Part shown: piece after piece, positions 63,145-64,000 of the stretch
Position numbering within the stretch: position 1 is the first letter of the stretch
How the letters are laid out: each line of letters starts with the position of its first letter
Assembly (NCBI GenBank): GCA_003344405.1
Contig: NOWV01000181.1
Coordinates: 74,001-138,000 of the forward strand
Length of the DNA stretch: 64,000 nt
Reading direction: 5' to 3'
From: Trichoplax sp. H2
Taxonomy: Eukaryota
The notes under the pieces: generated by a model
What the model was told of the DNA's origin: nothing
Database searches by the model: none
What the model saw: only the letters and a program-made list of their open reading frames with translations
Program-made: the position numbers and the translations under genes

Positions 63145-63693
63145 GGATAAATATTTATTATAGAACCGAACCGTTAGCAAGTCTAGTTGTAGGCATTTTG
63201 CCGATTTTGAAAGTTGCATTGCGCCAGAGGCTGCAGTCATCTCGAGTGTAATCGTCGAGCCATGAAGTACTGTATAAGATAGAATACTGTCCCATGAATA
63301 GCAAGCTGTCCAAAAGACGAGCGTTGCTTAGGTCAATCAGAAATTTCCATATTATATCTTAGCATATATATATAGATATATATCTATATAAATCGATATA
63401 TATATCATGTTAGCAAGTCTAGTTGTAGGCATTTTGCTGATTTTGAAAGTTGGATGACACCAGAGGCTGCAGTCATCTCCAGTGTAATCGTCGAGCCATG
63501 CAGAACTGTATGAGATAGAATACTGTCCCATGAATAGCAAGCTGTCCAAAAGACGAGCGTTGCTTAGGTCAATCAGAAATTTCTATATTATATCTTAGCA
63601 TATCTATAGAGATATATATCTATATAAATCGATATATATCATATAGAGAGAGATGTAAATAGATATGTATATATATTATATATGAGTATATAC

Positions 63694-63728
<35 letters not shown>

Positions 63729-64000
63729 AAGAGAGGATAAATTTCTATTATAGAACCGAACCGTTAGCAAGTCTAGTTGTAGGCACTTTGCTGATTTTGA
63801 AAATTGGATGGCACCAGAGGCTGCAGTCATCTCCAGTGTAATCGTCGAGCCATGCAGTACTGTATGAGATAGAATACTGTCCCATGAATAGCAAGCTGTC
63901 CAAAAGACGAGCGTTGCTTAGGTCAATCAGAAATTTCCATATTATATCTTAGCATATATATAGAGATATATATCTATATCAATCGATATATATCATATAG
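61890..64000. repeat. Composite satellite: ~4 type-A units (~240-330 bp, with internal inverted repeat) followed by 3 near-identical type-B units interspersed with (AT)n/(AG)n
   Basis: ctagtaccagca recurs at ~62070, 62357, 62600, 62926. gttagcaagtctagttgtaggca recurs at ~63173, 63408, 63763. Both types share tgctgattttgaaa...tct..agtgtaatcg...gata.aatactgtc. Confidence 0.9.

Noticed and set aside
62998-63830. Minus-strand ORFs of 63-80 aa
   Set aside because: They lie in satellite and (AT)n/(AG)n DNA and give YI/SL low-complexity translations
61890-64000. CRISPR-like interpretation of the palindromic repeats
   Set aside because: Eukaryotic context, units of 240-360 bp with homologous rather than unique spacers, no cas genes

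Overview
AT-rich eukaryotic (animal) genomic DNA with short GT-AG introns. The style (compact introns, intronless 42-aa TPR genes, many decayed paralogs) resembles a placozoan such as Trichoplax, but that is inference only. The first ~41 kb is a fast-turnover region enriched in innate-immunity/cell-death domains. It holds two disrupted Death-domain exons in an old tandem duplication, two paralogous intronless TPR genes, a ~1500-aa spliced gene (long disordered region, ZU5/UPA-like module, C-terminal CARD), a small spliced stand-alone TIR gene that keeps the NADase-type glutamate, and a 5'-truncated, intron-containing piggyBac remnant with its right terminus. Next to a 20-N gap the assembly appears to have captured a second haplotype carrying a ~5.8-kb deletion. 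The right part holds the conserved genes UBXN11 (-) and CCDC81 (+) head-to-head with RFX X-box-like motifs, an intronless bacterial-type two-domain GNAT acetyltransferase with a decayed duplicate, and a hairpin-containing satellite array at the end. All gene models were built by eye from splice signals and reading-frame phase. No database searches were run.
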